Positions 22,830 through 36,133 of a stretch of DNA of 64,000 nt are shown here, piece after piece. A model generated the notes under the pieces. The model ran no database searches and had not been told where the DNA came from. It worked only from the letters and a program-made list of their open reading frames with translations. A program made the position numbers and the translations under genes. The stretch is from positions 13,516,001-13,580,000 of the forward strand of contig NC_043014.1 of assembly GCF_006345805.1 (NCBI RefSeq), read 5' to 3'. The DNA is from Octopus sinensis. Taxonomy: Eukaryota. How positions within the stretch are numbered: the first letter of the stretch is position 1; every line of letters starts with the position of its first letter.

Positions 22830-25108
22830 ATTATCATCATCATCATTTAACGTCCGTTTTCCATGCTAGCATGGGTTGGACGGTTCAACTGGGGTCTGTG
22901 AAACCGGAAGGCTTCATCAGGCCCAGTCAGATCTGGCAGTGTTTCTACGGCTGGATGCCCTTCCTAACGCCAACCACTCCGTGAGTGTAGTGGGTGCTTT
23001 GTATGTGCCACCGACACAGGTGCCAGACGAGGCTGGCGAATGGCCACGCTCGGATGGTGCTTTTTACGTGCCACCAGCACAGAGGCCAGGTGAGGCTGGC
23101 ACAGCCACGATCGGATGGTGTTTGTTACGTGCCACCAGCACGGAGGCCAGTCGATGTAGTGCTGGCTACGGCCACGTTCTGATGGTTCTGTTATGTGCCA
23201 CCGGCACTGGTACCACAAACTACAAATTCCATTGATGTTGATTGATTTCGATTTTGATTTGATTTTCACTTGCCTCAACAGGTCTTCACTAGTAGAGTTA
23301 TGTGTCCCAAGAAGGAAGGTATGCACAGGTGGACTGACTACGTCCCAGGTAGGGGCCATGGGTTATGGCCTCACTTGTTCTGCCGAGTCTTCTCACGCAG
23401 CATACTTCCAAAGATCTCGGTCTCGGTCTCTGGGCATTTCCTCGGTGAGACCTAAAGAGCGAAGGTCGTGCTTCACCACCTCGTCCCAGGTTTTCCTGGG
23501 TCTACCTCTTCCACAGGTTCCCTCAACTTCGCTAGGGTGTGGCACTTTTTCACACAACTATCTTCATCCATTCTTACCACGTGTCCATACCAGCGTAGAC
23601 GTCTCTCTTGCACACCACATCTGATGCTTCTTAGGTCCAACTTTTCTCTCAAGGCACTTACACTCTGTCCGGGTATGAACACTGACATTACACATCCATC
23701 GGAGCATACTGGCTTCATTTCTTGCAAGCTTACGCATATCCTCAGCAGTCACGGCCCATGTTTCACTGCCATGTAGCATGGCTGTTCGTACACATGCGTC
23801 ATACAGTCTGCCTTTTACTCTGAGCGAGAGGCCTTTTGTCATCAGCAGAGGTAAGAGTCTTACTCTCAGATTCACTTTGGCAGTTACTTTGGACACTATG
23901 ACTTTCTCAACTATTTCAGTTTGTCTCCCTGGAATGTGGCAGAGTGTTTATTGCACCAGAACATCTGTCACATACAAAAACTATATTCCTAGTTAGCCTT
24001 CCTTTGATATTGCTACACCTCTTATGTGTCCATAGCTTACACTTGGTGCATCTTATAGAGTTTCTACCTACACCTTTTCTACAGATCGAGCACGGCCATC
24101 TTCCTGAAGACATTTGTGGATTGTCTACCTTCCTACTTATTAGGACTTTGGTTTTAGCTAGGTTGACTCTAAGGCCCTTCGATTCTAATCGATTCCACAT
24201 CTGAAACTTCTCCTCCAGTTCTGATAGTGATTCAGCAATTAGAGCAAGGTCATCAGCATAGAGGAGCTCCCAGGGGCATTCTGTCTTGAATTCCTCCGTT
24301 ATTGCCTGGAGGACTATGATAAATAGGAGGGGGCTGAGGACTGAGCCTTGGTGGACCCCAACCTCTACCCGGAATTCTTCACTGTACTCGTTGCCAACCC
24401 TCACCTTACTAACACGCACAGCTCTCACTAACCATTCATCTATCCCTAGTTTCCTCATTGACTACCAGATAAGGGATCGGGGGACCCTGTCAAAGGCTTT
24501 CTCCAAGTCAACGAAAGCCAGGTACAGAGTTTTATCTTCGGCTAGGTATTTCTCCTGCAGCTGTCTCACCAGAAATATGGCATTGGTGGTGCTTTTCCCT
24601 GGCACGAAACCAAACTGCATCTCGTCCAGGTTGATTCTCTCCCTAATCAGTTGGGCTATGACCCTTTCCGTAACCTTCATTACCTGATCCAACAGCTTGA
24701 TACCTCTGTAATTACTTGTATCTAGGGCGTCACCTTTACCTTTGTAGCAGTTGACTATTATGCTACTACACCAGTCATTGGGTATGACTCCTTTGTGTAT
24801 CACCTGGTTAACTATACGGGTGACTAGGCTATAGCCGACACTGCCAGATATTTTGAGCATCTCAGCAGTAATTCCTGATGGGCCTGGGGCTTTCCCTGTC
24901 TTCATGCTTCTAATTGCCTTAACTACCATGGAACTGTCAACTCAGATGGCTGGTCCCTCTGTTGGGTTGACATTCGGCAGACTCTCTTTATCCCATTCAT
25001 TCTCTTTGTTGAGCAGCCTTTCATAGTGGCATCTCCAAACCTCTCTCTTTGCATCCTCATTAACGCAAGTGAACCATCATCCATGCGGACATGTTTCTCT
25101 CCTACCAC
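22830..25108 (-). mobile_element. 5'-truncated RTE-clade LINE (RT domain, PHD finger, C-terminus, 3'UTR repeats, (GAT)n tail), frameshifted
   Basis: APGPSGI, YRGIKLL, QFGFVPGKST, AFVDLEKAFDRVP, GVHQGSVLSPLLF, LLYADDL, RLRWYGHV and RPRKTW motifs. Confidence 0.95.
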
Positions 25109-25364
25109 ATATATATATATATATATATCATCATCATTAACATTCGTTTTCCAGGAACTGGCATGGCTGGGTACACACAAAGCTTCATGGTCTGTTTTGA
25201 CTTGGTTTCTACAGCTGTACGACCTTCCTAATGCCATCCACTTTACAGAGTGTACTGGGTGCTTTTTATGTGGCACCAGCACCAGTGTTTTTTAAATACA
25301 CACACAAAGCACGTGCTTATTTTGGTTCCTGTTTTCTAAATCTATCCACATGGCTTTGATCAGC

Positions 25365-25850
25365 CTGAGGCTTGAAAGAGTCCAGAAGCTGGCTACCCGC
25401 ATGGTTCTTGGTCTCAAGCATTTGTCTTATGAAGAAAGGCTGAAGACCCTCGACCTTTATTCTCGAGAAAAACACCGCCGCCGTGGTGATCTCATTCTTG
25501 CTCATAACATCATAAGCGGAAAGTGTAACCTCTTGAAAGAGCTGTTCTTCACTCCTGCTCCAGAGCGTCGGCTGCAGGGTCACTCTGAAAAGCTCTATCT
25601 GCGACGATTTCATCTCAATCGAAGGAGAGGGGCTTTCTCCGTCCGGGTTGCGGATCCGTGGAATAAGCTGCCGGACGAGATAGTGAAGATGCCGACAACC
25701 GCTCGGTTCAAAGTCTCCCTTGACCACAAATGACCTGAACTCTTTGCATGAACACCACCCTGTACATAACTCCATGTCCCCCTACATGGCCTTGCTTTTT
25801 GCTTTTTGAGCCAAAAAATTAACTTAACTTAACTAACTTAACTTAACTAA
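25365..25850 (+). mobile_element. CR1/L2-type LINE 3' end with (TTAAC)n tail
   Basis: LERVQKLATRMV.GLKHLSYEERLKTLDLYS.E.RR.RGDLI...GH..KL...FS.RV...WN.LP is a CR1 ORF2 C-terminus. Confidence 0.85.
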
Positions 25851-25927
25851 AATATTTGCATAAGCTGCCATGAACAAACTCTATCAATCTGAGATTTTTC
25901 ATTTGAATATTTCTTTCTTCTTTCCAG

Positions 25928-26020
25928 CAAGAAATGTTGCGGTTTCCGAAATTACATGAAAGAATAGTGGATGTTGTTACATATTTACTTCGGCGCCGTC
26001 TACCACCAACCAATGCAATG
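25928..26020 (+). CDS. DNM1L: Drp1 exon: [31 protein letters not shown]
   Basis: Matches [30 protein letters not shown]. tttccag/gtaagt splice sites, 93 nt, phase 0-0. Confidence 0.96.
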
Positions 26021-26277
26021 GTAAGTGAACTTCTTGTTAAAGAGTGATACTTATTATATCTAAGGTGATGAAAGTCGAATTAATCTGGCAGTATCAGTGG
26101 GTCTGGAGGAATATGATGGCTTGCAAAACGGTGTATTAAGCATTGTAATTAAAGTTAGATTAACAGCATGGTTAATTATAAATATTTGAATGAGACTATA
26201 CTTTTTATAGTGTAAAAAATGTCAACTATTTAAAAATGTGTTATTAATACATGTAACTTTATCACCAGGATAACATA

Positions 26278-27530
26278 CGAGGAGTGTTCAGTAACGATTT
26301 CCTCTCACCCACTTCCCAGGACTGCAATAAACAAAACTTGGCATAATTATTAGTCCTTCTCTACATAGCCACCACCAATGGTGACACACTTCTCCCATTG
26401 TTTTATGCAGCTGTGAAGATCTTGTCTATAGAAGTTGATAGGCTGTGTCAGGAGCCAAAACTTTATCTCAGAAATAAGTTTATCATTGTCCAGAAAGTGC
26501 TTCCTCTTCAAAAAATGACTTCTTGGTTGGAAAGAGATGGAAGTCAGATGGTGAGTGTAAGGAGGATAAGGAAGGATTTCATAGCTGTAGGAGTGTGCTT
26601 TCATCTGGGCAACAGGTGCATTGTGAACTGGGGTGTTGTCTTGGAGGAGGTGGACTCCTTTGGTCAGCATATCACACCTCTCTGCTTTGATGGCGTCCCA
26701 CTGTTTCTGTAGCAGAAAAGCATGATATGCCCCATAAATTGTTGTGCCCTTTGCCAGAAAATCGATCATCATTATTCTGCGCTGGTCCCAAGAGACTGAG
26801 CATCACCTTGCCTGTTGAGGGTTGGACATGAACCTTCTTTGGCGGTGGTGAGTTATCACACTTCCATTGCTTCGACTGGACTTTAGTCTCAGGATCATAG
26901 TGATGGACCCATGTTTTATCCTGTGTGATAAGTCTGCTGAAAACATCCTTCTCTTTTTCTTGGTATTTTACCAAAGAGCCTGGGAGCTATTGACGCGTTC
27001 TTGTTTCTGAAAAGGTGTGAGCATCTGAGGAATCCATCATGCAGACAACTTCTTCTTGTGCAGATGGCCCCTGCACTTCACTTCTTGGGCTAGTTACCGA
27101 ATAGTTATGTGGCAATTCTCCAAAACGGTGGATTCCACTTTGTTGATGGTGCTGTCATCAATGGCAGCATGTGGTTGTTCAGGAATAGGAGCAGTTCCCA
27201 TCGATGTCCAGCCACATTTCAACTGGCGATGCCAGTGCTTTACTACGTCATATGATGGTGCATCATCACCATAAACTCCTTTCAGTTCATCGAAAGTCTC
27301 TTTTGGTGTACAACCTTTTAATTATAAGAACCTGATAACTGATCTGCATTCAACTGCCTCCATTATATCTCCTTAGTCCACTTCAGCAGCTGTAAAAGAC
27401 AAAAGAATACTAGTGGAAAGCTGCAATTTACAATGTGACATGTAGAGACATGTATGATTGTACCTGTACAAGTTCCGTTTCCTGCAATAACCGGAAGCGT
27501 ATCAGGGGAAATCTTTAATGACCACCCTCG
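26278..27530 (-). mobile_element. Full-length degenerate mariner (DD34D-type) transposon
   Basis: TA|CGAGG...TIRs...CCTCG|TA, 1253 bp. ITQDKTWVHHYDPETK, LLQDNTPVH and WEKCVTIGGGYVEK motifs. Confidence 0.9.
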
Positions 27531-27675
27531 TAGTATGCTCAGTTGGGAATCGTGTTATGCTTATCATGTATTGGTCTCTAATGACAGGTTGGCAATCAAA
27601 GATTCTTCTACTGCAAAAATGCCTCCCAGCGACCACCTAGAATGCTCAGCTAACCAGAATGCATGGCCTATAAGG

Positions 27676-28050
27676 CGGCAAGCTGGCAGAAATGTTAGCA
27701 CACTGGGCGAAATGCTTAGTGGTATTTTGTCTTCCACAACATTCTGAGTTCAAATTCCGCCGAGGTCGACTTTGCCTTTCATCCTTTTGGTGTTGATTAA
27801 ATAAGTACCAGTTACGCACTGGGGTCGATGTAATCGACTTAATCCCCTTCTCTGTCCTTGTTTGCCCTCTCTTGTGGGTAGTAAAGAAGTAGGTATTTCA
27901 TCTGCCGCTATGTTCTGAGTTCAAATTTCGCTGAGGTTGACTATACCTTTCATGCTTTCGGGGTTGATTAAATAAGTACCAGTTATGCACTGAGGCTGAT
28001 ATAATCGACTTAATCTGTGTGTAGCCCCTTGTGGGCAGTAAAGAAATAAG
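27676..28050 (+). mobile_element. Two head-to-tail SINE family B copies
   Basis: ttctgagttcaaatt...gcctttcatcc...aagtaccagtt repeated twice. Confidence 0.7.
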
Positions 28051-28189
28051 AATGCATGGGCTATCGCTTGTGTTTACATGACCATGCTGTGAGGCTATGT
28101 ATGCTTTATATGGATTTATGTACTTGTATCCATCAACATGGGACCAGTGGGGGAAAAAAACAATATGAAGGCGCTTAATCCTAACAAAT

Positions 28190-28815
28190 ATCATCATCAT
28201 CGTTTAACGTCCGCTTTCCATGCTAGCATGGGTTGGACGATTTGACTGAGGGCTGGCGAACCAGATGGCTACACCAGACTCCAATCATGATCTGGCAGAG
28301 TTTCTACAGCTGGATGACCTTCTTAATGCCAACCACTCTAAGACTGTAGTGGGTGCTTTTACGTGCCACCGTCACAGGGCCAGTCAGCCAGTACTGGCAA
28401 CGACCTCGCTCAAATCTTTTTTCACATGCCACCAGCACAAGTGCCAGTAAGTCGATGCTGGTAACGATCATGCTTGAATGGTGCCTTTTATGTGCCACCG
28501 GCATAGAAGCCCATTAGCCACTCTGGCAACGATCACGCTCGGATGGTGCTCTTAGCACCCTACTAGCACAGGGCACAAGTGCCAGTAAGGCGACGCTGGT
28601 AATGATCACACTCGAATGGTGCCTTTTATATGCTGCTGGCACGGAAGCCAGTTAGCCACTCTGTCAACAATCACGCTCGTATGGTGCTCTTTGCGCCCCA
28701 CTAGCACGGATGCCAGTCATCGAATTTGATTTCAATTTCACTTGCCTCAACAGGTCTTCGCAAGCAGAGTTTAGTGTCCAATGAAACGAAAGGTACGCAT
28801 AAGTGGGCTGGTTAC
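28190..28815 (-). mobile_element. RTE 3'UTR copy with about 6 tandem units
   Basis: (cat)n terminus, repeated gtgcca..gcac units and the cacttgcctcaacaggtcttc UTR motif. Confidence 0.8.
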
Positions 28816-29249
28816 AATGCAGACAAATGTATTTTCTATGATCAAGAAAATATGTGGTTGTGGAAGCTTTGCTGCTGCAGCCTGTGAGTTTGGTGCCAAG
28901 GAATCTACCATTTACAAAGTACAAGCAGATGATAGATTTATCACTGTGTTGTTTTAGGAACCATGCTCCCGTGATAAATGAGGAGAGATGTACATACTTG
29001 TCCAAGTAGTAGCCATACATTTAACTATTTTGTTTTCTATGCTTGATACTTTTGAACTGCTTCTCTTCATAACCCAAACTTGTTACATTTTATGCTTTTT
29101 ACTGATACAGTCTATCACAAATTTCTTTGGACTCTTCTTATTCATTTTTTTCTCCATTTCTCCATTAACCAACATAAATGAAATTATTCAGTTGTCATTA
29201 TGAGTTCAAGTATTTGGTTGTCGTTTATGCTTTTCTCTTCATTTTCCAG

Positions 29250-29441
29250 GTAGAAAACCTTGTTGCTGTCGAGCTTGCTTACATCAACACTAAACATCCA
29301 GATTTCACAGAGGCTAACTTAGTTCACAAGACAGCTGTAGAAGACACTCAGGATAGGCGACTGGTTAAAGACAGTGGTACTCCAGCTAAGACGGCGCCAA
29401 TACCTGATGTGACAGAAATTAGAGAAAATAAAGAGCTTAAA
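29250..29441 (+). CDS. DNM1L: Drp1 exon: VENLVAVELAYINTKHPDFTEANLVHKT...ENKELK (end of stalk, start of insert B)
   Basis: Contains the ELAYINTKHPDF signature. ttccag/gtaagt splice sites, 192 nt, phase 0-0. Confidence 0.96.
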
Positions 29442-29576
29442 GTAAGTGTAAACCAATTTTCCCATGATTCCAAATAAGATTTAATATTTCACCAGATATA
29501 ACAAAGCTAGAATTTTCTATACATTTTCAATTTTTTTCAAAAATTATATTTTGTCAAAAGCAATATATATATATAG

Positions 29577-29704
29577 GGAGAGTTTATGAAAAAAACAAGA
29601 GACGAAGACAGGTGGTGTACAAAACAAACAGCTGTATTAGTATAACGCTCGGGAATTGAAAAATGTCTTTAACGTTTCGAGCCTACGCTCTTCTACAGAA
29701 AGGG

Positions 29705-29706
<2 letters not shown>
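29577..29706 (-). mobile_element. (TA)n-embedded Penelope pLTR-like fragment with a hammerhead-like motif
   Basis: Minus strand reads CTTT CTGTAGA A GAGC GTAG GCTC GAAAC GTT AAAG. Confidence 0.5.
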
Positions 29707-29764
<58 letters not shown>

Positions 29765-30580
29765 ACACACATATATACACACACCTGTTTTTTTTTTCCA
29801 GGAGTTTTGTTGATTCTCTTCCTCAATGTGTTAGTAACTTACATTTCACAAGAAACTTCCATAATGGTACTTAAAAATCATTTTTTGTAATGTTTGGACA
29901 AGGGACCAATCGAATTTCTCCTGATTGGAACCTGGTCTATTATAGCAAGTAGCATTCTTCTCCATTAACAATCAAAGCAGAGACGATCAAAATTAAGTAA
30001 GTGCCTTGCCCTCAGACATAGAAAAAGATGTCATGTGATAGGGACACATGCTCCATAAGATGGCTGTTTGCTAGCTCTCCTGCTGGGCCATTTTTACCAC
30101 TTTCATAGATGATATTATACAGGGTGCAAGAAATATTTGAGGACCTATTTGGTGATTTTATAACAACTCTAATCTATCAAAAACCAAATGTATTTTATGA
30201 AGAATGTGAGCACATATGTTCTTGATAAGCTTTCTTAAAAGGTTATTCTCTGAATCTGCCTTCAGTTTTGATGACATTTCAGTGTGGAACAGGAATCAGT
30301 GATATGTCTGCACTAAACGAACCTTATTTGTTTAGAAATCACCTGAACAATGGTGGCCTTCAGTGAAGTATGGTATTGTGAAGATGTCTTTTTAACAAGG
30401 CTTCAAACATAATAATCCATGGGATCTGACATGTTTGGAAGCCAAAGTTTGGTGCTATATTATTGTAAAGACTGTCTGATATCTGGTCTTGAGTTACGTG
30501 AGCTTTGTGAGATAGTGCTGAGACCCATATGGCTTGCTACTATGTACTTCATCCATCCAGGGCTTAACAACTGTCTACAG

Positions 30581-30781
30581 CAGTGCTTTTCAAACTCTTT
30601 GCTGGAGCGGAACGCCAAGGAAACATTCCACTGGCTCGAGGAACCCCTGTGCAATAATTTAATACTCTTATGCACACATATCTGCACAGGAGACTTAAAA
30701 ATTACTGCCGATTTTAGCAGTTTTGTAACTTCTTGCGGAACCCCTGGACTGTACTGGCGGAACCCTAGTTGAAAATCACTG
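30581..30781. mobile_element. hAT (Charlie-like) MITE, 201 bp, perfect 8-bp TSD GTCTACAG
   Basis: CAGTGCTTTTCAAAC ... GTTGAAAATCACTG termini. GTCTACAG at 30573-30580 and 30782-30789. Confidence 0.9.
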
Positions 30782-33700
30782 GTCTACAGTATCTTAGTGT
30801 ATCCAGCAGCCTTAATTCTAAGACCCTGTATAAAGATGTGTGTTGACATAAAATGACCTTCATTTATCACCACTCCTAAAACCATTACAGTTGCTGGAAA
30901 CTTAGTGTGCATCACTCTGGAGGCATCAGAAGGGTCTGCAGATAACCATCAATCATTTCTCCTGTTACACTTTTGGTCTTGGTCAAAGTTTTTCTCATCA
31001 GAGAAGAACCAAATCATGCTGTCTTCATGAGGATTTTTAACCTTGCTAAGTAACCACTTGATATAGGTCAAGTAGTTTTCCCATGTCTTTACAGACATGA
31101 ATTGAGCTCTCTTTAGTAGGTACAACTTCTATCAAATGTCCTCATGCATCATAATTCTGATAATCCACTCCAATACATTTGGCAGTTCTTTAGCAGTAAG
31201 TCTTCATTAAAGGTAAAGGTACCTTCTCAAGTCATGCTGACTCATAAGGGCTGGTTTCCATGCTGTTATAAATTCCCCATTTGGATGGGACACCTGTCTG
31301 TCACTAGATTACTCATTTTTGCCAGATAAGTCAGTTCATAGTTGTGGCCAATGCTGGTGTCATGTAACTCTCACCCATGTGAGTGGCATGTAAAAAGCAC
31401 CTTTTGAGCATTGGGCCTCACAGAGGCAATGTGGCTGATGCTGGTGATTAGTAACTGGTACACATGCTGGTAGCATGTAAAAAGTACCTTTTGGGTGTTG
31501 GGCTTCAAGGAGCAAATGACCAAGACCTTCAGCAGTATGCCTTTAAGGCAGCAAGCTGGCAGAAACTTTAGCACGCTGGGTGAAATGCTTACTGGCATTT
31601 CATATGTCTCTACGTCCTGAGTTCAAATTCTGCTGAGGTCGTCTTTGCCTTTCATCCTTTCAGAGTCGATAAATTAAGTACCAGTTGTGTACTGGGGTCA
31701 ATCTAATCAGGTATTGTGCCTAGAGTAGGAAAAAAAAAGTATGCTGTACTTGTGTAGAAGACCCATTAATCCAAGTAAAATCGTTGTCATGGAAAACACT
31801 GGTGTCACACAAATGGCATCCATGCCGGTGGTATGTAAAAGCACCGATTACACTCTCGGAGTGGTTGGCATTAAGAAGGGTATCCAGCTGTAGAACCCAT
31901 GCCAAATCAGACTGGAGTCTGATGCAACCCCTCAGGTTACCAGCTCTGCTCAAACCATCCAATCCATGCCAGCATGGACAACGGATGCTAAATGATGATA
32001 ATGAGATGATGATATCCAATTATGGAATAGATAAGATCACTCATTGTCCTGTTTTCCTACAGATGTATTTGTATTAATCATGAGCAAACTGTATCTGCAC
32101 GATTCTTGGAATGGCACACCAATTAAAAAAAATGACCTCAAATTATATCTTTAGAAGCATGGCCCACTTAATGATGAACTAGGTCTCATGCAGTCAGCTT
32201 CTCAAAAATCATTTCCCATGCCTGTCCTGTATAATGGCCTGACTTGCTAGAAACAGCAGTCAAATCTCTCTCAGACCATTATGTCTTACCTTAAAAAAAA
32301 AGGAAAGATATATTAGATACAGTAGTTGGAGATACACTGTCTAAAAAATGGTTATGTCAAGAACAGTTTTGGTGATAGATTTGCTCAGAGTTGTGCTGAG
32401 GCTAAATAGCAACAATTAAATAGTTCTCATCAATCATTTAGTATTATGTTAGTCGCAAACCTTTCTTGAATTTCTTAAAGTATCAGTGGCAGTTGAAGTG
32501 TTTCCATATACCAGTTGTCTGTGGAAATTTCGAAGGCTTGAACAACTCTAGCTAGCTTGTTGTGATTTGTCACTGGTGTGAACTCTACTCTTTTATGGTG
32601 TGTGTGTGGATATTACCGTGAAAATCTTACAATGATGACCTAATGAGAGGGCCTCCACACAGTCGCTTGACATGCTAGAACTTACAACCAAATGTCCCCC
32701 ATATCATACTTAATTTAAAAAAACAAAATGAACATTGGTGCAAGCGTGGCTGTGTGGTAAGAAACTTGCTTCCTAACTACATGGTTTCAGGTTCAGTCCC
32801 ACTGCGTGGCACCTTGGGCAAGTATCTTCTGCTATAGCCTCGGGCTGACCAAAGCCCTGTAAGTAGATTTTGTAGATGGAAACTGAAAGGTGCCTCACTG
32901 TGGGACTGAACCTGGAAGCAAGTATCGTAGCACACAGCCTCACCTGCGCAATAAATTGGTTACACTTCTACAGACACAAAATATTAAAATTTTTTTATAC
33001 ACTTTCTTATAATATTTTATTATAAATTATAATAATATTTGTTAAACATTGAATGGCTATGGGGATCCAGTGGAGTAAAATAGGAATCAAAGGGGCCCAT
33101 AGGTATAAAATAGTTGAGAATCACAGCTTCATGACAAGAGAAATAGCTGAGATTTTAATGGATTGTTTTCTTTTATGCTGCTTATCGAACAGAATAATAA
33201 ACCTCAGATAATTATTTGAGATTTTTCTCAGAGGATTATGCTTTAATCCTCATTCAAATCTTCTTATTGTGATGAAATGCTTTCTGTTGTTTGAGGAGGA
33301 AGATGGAGAGTATAGTTTGTATAATGCTTTTTATGTTTTTTTTTTGGTGGTGGTGGTGGTGGTGGACTTTTAGAATAAGTGTTAGTGGTAGAGAGATGGT
33401 AATAAGCATGATGGATACACTAAGTGGAAATTCAGAAAAACTGAAACTATTGTGTGATTATCATTCTAATTATTTTTATCTATTTATCACACTTGACATT
33501 TAATTTTAGAGTGAAGTAAATGTGACCATTTCTCTGTGTTGACGATGTTCACGTTAACATAGGCCTTTGTCTCATTTCTCGTGTATTGGTAATTGTGTTG
33601 CATTGAAATAAATATGTTTGCAACCTTAATTTCTTTTGGATCTCAACATGATCCACATTTATATTACATTGGATGGACTTCAGAACAAAAAACACAGGAT

Positions 33701-34621
33701 TCATTATTTACAAATAATTACATAAATAGTATGTGGATATTTGAATGGTTAAGGTATCATTTGACTAGGATTAGCTCACAATCAAGTGTTTTTTTCTTTG
33801 TTTTTTTGTTTTTTTTTTTTTTTTTAACGGAGTTGAGAAATCGGGTATACAGGTTTGTATTAATCACTAGTATCCTTGAAAAAGAATCCGAAATCAATAT
33901 CTGACTTCTTGTAGCATTATTTTAACAATAGAAGCTTTATTGTGTATAATATTCTCATGTATTTATTACTTTGTCCAATAAAAATTTTTTGTAAGTATTT
34001 TTATTATCAAAAATAAGATAAAAAAATAAAGGTGTAAAGTTAACTGAAAATTACTGAATATTAATTTCTTGTCTATTAAAACAAATGGCAAAATTGGAAT
34101 TTTTCTTTTATTTTCTCATTTAATATTTTTATAATTCTATTTGCCTGGATATAATCTTAACAACAGAACTTCAAAGAGAATGTACAATCAATACAGTTCA
34201 AGTGTCTTTTATCGTCTACAAAGTCCAACTGTAATTCTTATTATTAGCCTCTCTCTATTTATTCTACTTCTAGTTCTAATCATGTTAATTTCTGAAGTAG
34301 ATCAAGTAACAATGGCCTCTTGAGACTTCTCAATAACAGTAGATTATTCTATTGTTTCCTCTCTCAACAAATTATTTGAACTTTGATTTTACGTTCTGAG
34401 TTCAAACTCCCCTGAGGTCGTCTTTGCCTTTCATCCTTTCAGAGTTGATAAATTAAGTACCAGTTGTTAATTAAGAATGGGAGTGAGTGTGGCATTGTCC
34501 GAATTTTGCCTGCATTTGTATTTGACTTCCCACTTACAAAATCCTATAAAAATCTATTGAAAAGACACGACAATACCTGGCTAAGTATTAAAAATACAAT
34601 TATTTTTGAAGGTCTTGAAAA

Positions 34622-34836
34622 CACTTTAGTTTTCAGATTACTCTGTCAGGTGTAATGTATTTATTCACACTGCTTTGAATTAATTATGCATTATCTCATA
34701 GCTTCAACATTCTGATGTGATTGTTTAGTGTTAGAATGACATTTTGAGGTAGGTGTAAGAGGTCAGATCTGGCCAATTTGAATTTGAAAGCAGTAGAATA
34801 TTTGGGCCAGATATGGTCAGTTTAAATGCTAAAGGG
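34622..34836. mobile_element. piggyBac-type MITE
   Basis: Right end ...AATGCTAAAGGG|TTAA and a degenerate left end (c)actttagt. Confidence 0.55.
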
Positions 34837-35241
34837 TTAATATATATATATATATATAGGCAAGGAAAAATTATAAAAAGGCAGAATGCTAAATTGAAAG
34901 AAAATTTTAATGAAAATGGGTGTATGGAAAATTTTGAAAAATTGATAAAATATATATATATATCAATTCAAACCGGTTTTTGTCATAATGTAACTTTTCA
35001 AGAATTGTAAAGAAAAATTTTTTTTTTAATTTGAGGAGGGGGAAAAAATAAGGCTATAATATATATAGCCTCTGAGTGTTAGATGTCCTCAGGCAAGGAA
35101 AATTTTGTCTTTATCCCAAACCATATAATAATAATAATAGTAATAATAAAAATAATGATAATAGATTCCTTGTAAGATTTTTTCTCAGATTCCTTTGCTG
35201 TTTGTTATGTCTTAGTTTACAGATAATATTTTCTATGCCAG

Positions 35242-35364
35242 GTTGTAGACTCAGTCAATAAAAAAGTTCAGTTTTCTTCTACTGTCCACCCATCCAAGCC
35301 ATCTCTCCCAAAGGAGGGAAGTTCTGTACCCTTAGTTGATGCTAATTCCTTGGACAAAACTGAT
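35242..35364 (+). CDS. DNM1L: Probable Drp1 variable-domain (insert B) exon: VVDSVNKKVQFSSTVHPSKPSLPKEGSSVPLVDANSLDKTD
   Basis: Non-repetitive and open in phase 0, with a tttctatgccag acceptor and GAT|gtaagt donor. 123 nt, Ser/Pro-rich like insert B. No recognisable homology, so inferred from structure only. Confidence 0.6.
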
Positions 35365-36133
35365 GTAAGTGCCCAGCTATCACTTTTCTCTTGGCTGCCA
35401 CCACCATCACTGCATGCAAGTCTCTGTTGGTTACTGAATAATTCTGTTCCAATTCCCAGCAATGCAACCAAACACAGCTTCCGAATATTAAGCTTCTTTT
35501 CATATGCGTGTGTGTGTGTGTGTGAGTTTGTGTGTGCAGTCTGCTTTTATATAACATCCTGTATATAACCTCCACATCCTTAATACTTTGACATTCTCTT
35601 CAGTTTCTCTGGTTTTCAATTTTCTGTTTTTATTTGGCAAGATTTCATGAAGCTGTGCATATCTTTAACTAAACCAGCACTCTGTCAGTTCTGATGATGA
35701 TGACTCCTGGTGATCCAGTCAATGAAACAACCTACTTGTAAAATTAACATGCGAACTCCACAGACACCTGTACCCTTAACATAGTTCTCAAGGAGATTCA
35801 GTATGACACAGAGTGTGACGAGACTGACCCTTTGAATTACAGGTGCAACTCAGTTTTGCATGCTGAGTGCACTGTAGCAACATGAAATAAAGTGTCTTGC
35901 TCAAGAACACAACATGTCACCAGGAATCAAACTCACAACCTTACAATTGTGAGCTGACTATCCTAACCACTAAACCACATGCCTTCTCAGATATCTTTAA
36001 CTATAGGGTTTTTATTATTATAAATTCTTCAGTTTTTCTCCATCTGATGGTAAAAATGACTATTTCTCTAGTATTGTACATGAAAGACATGTATTTATTT
36101 CATGCACAATTTTATTCTGAGTAGAGAACATTT

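Noticed and set aside
22876-23235. Recurrent ORF family MDGSTGV...LAVFLRLDALPNANHS (also 36847, 47324, 57562, 51996)
   Set aside because: Antisense readings of the RTE 3'UTR repeat. Frames and lengths vary between copies.
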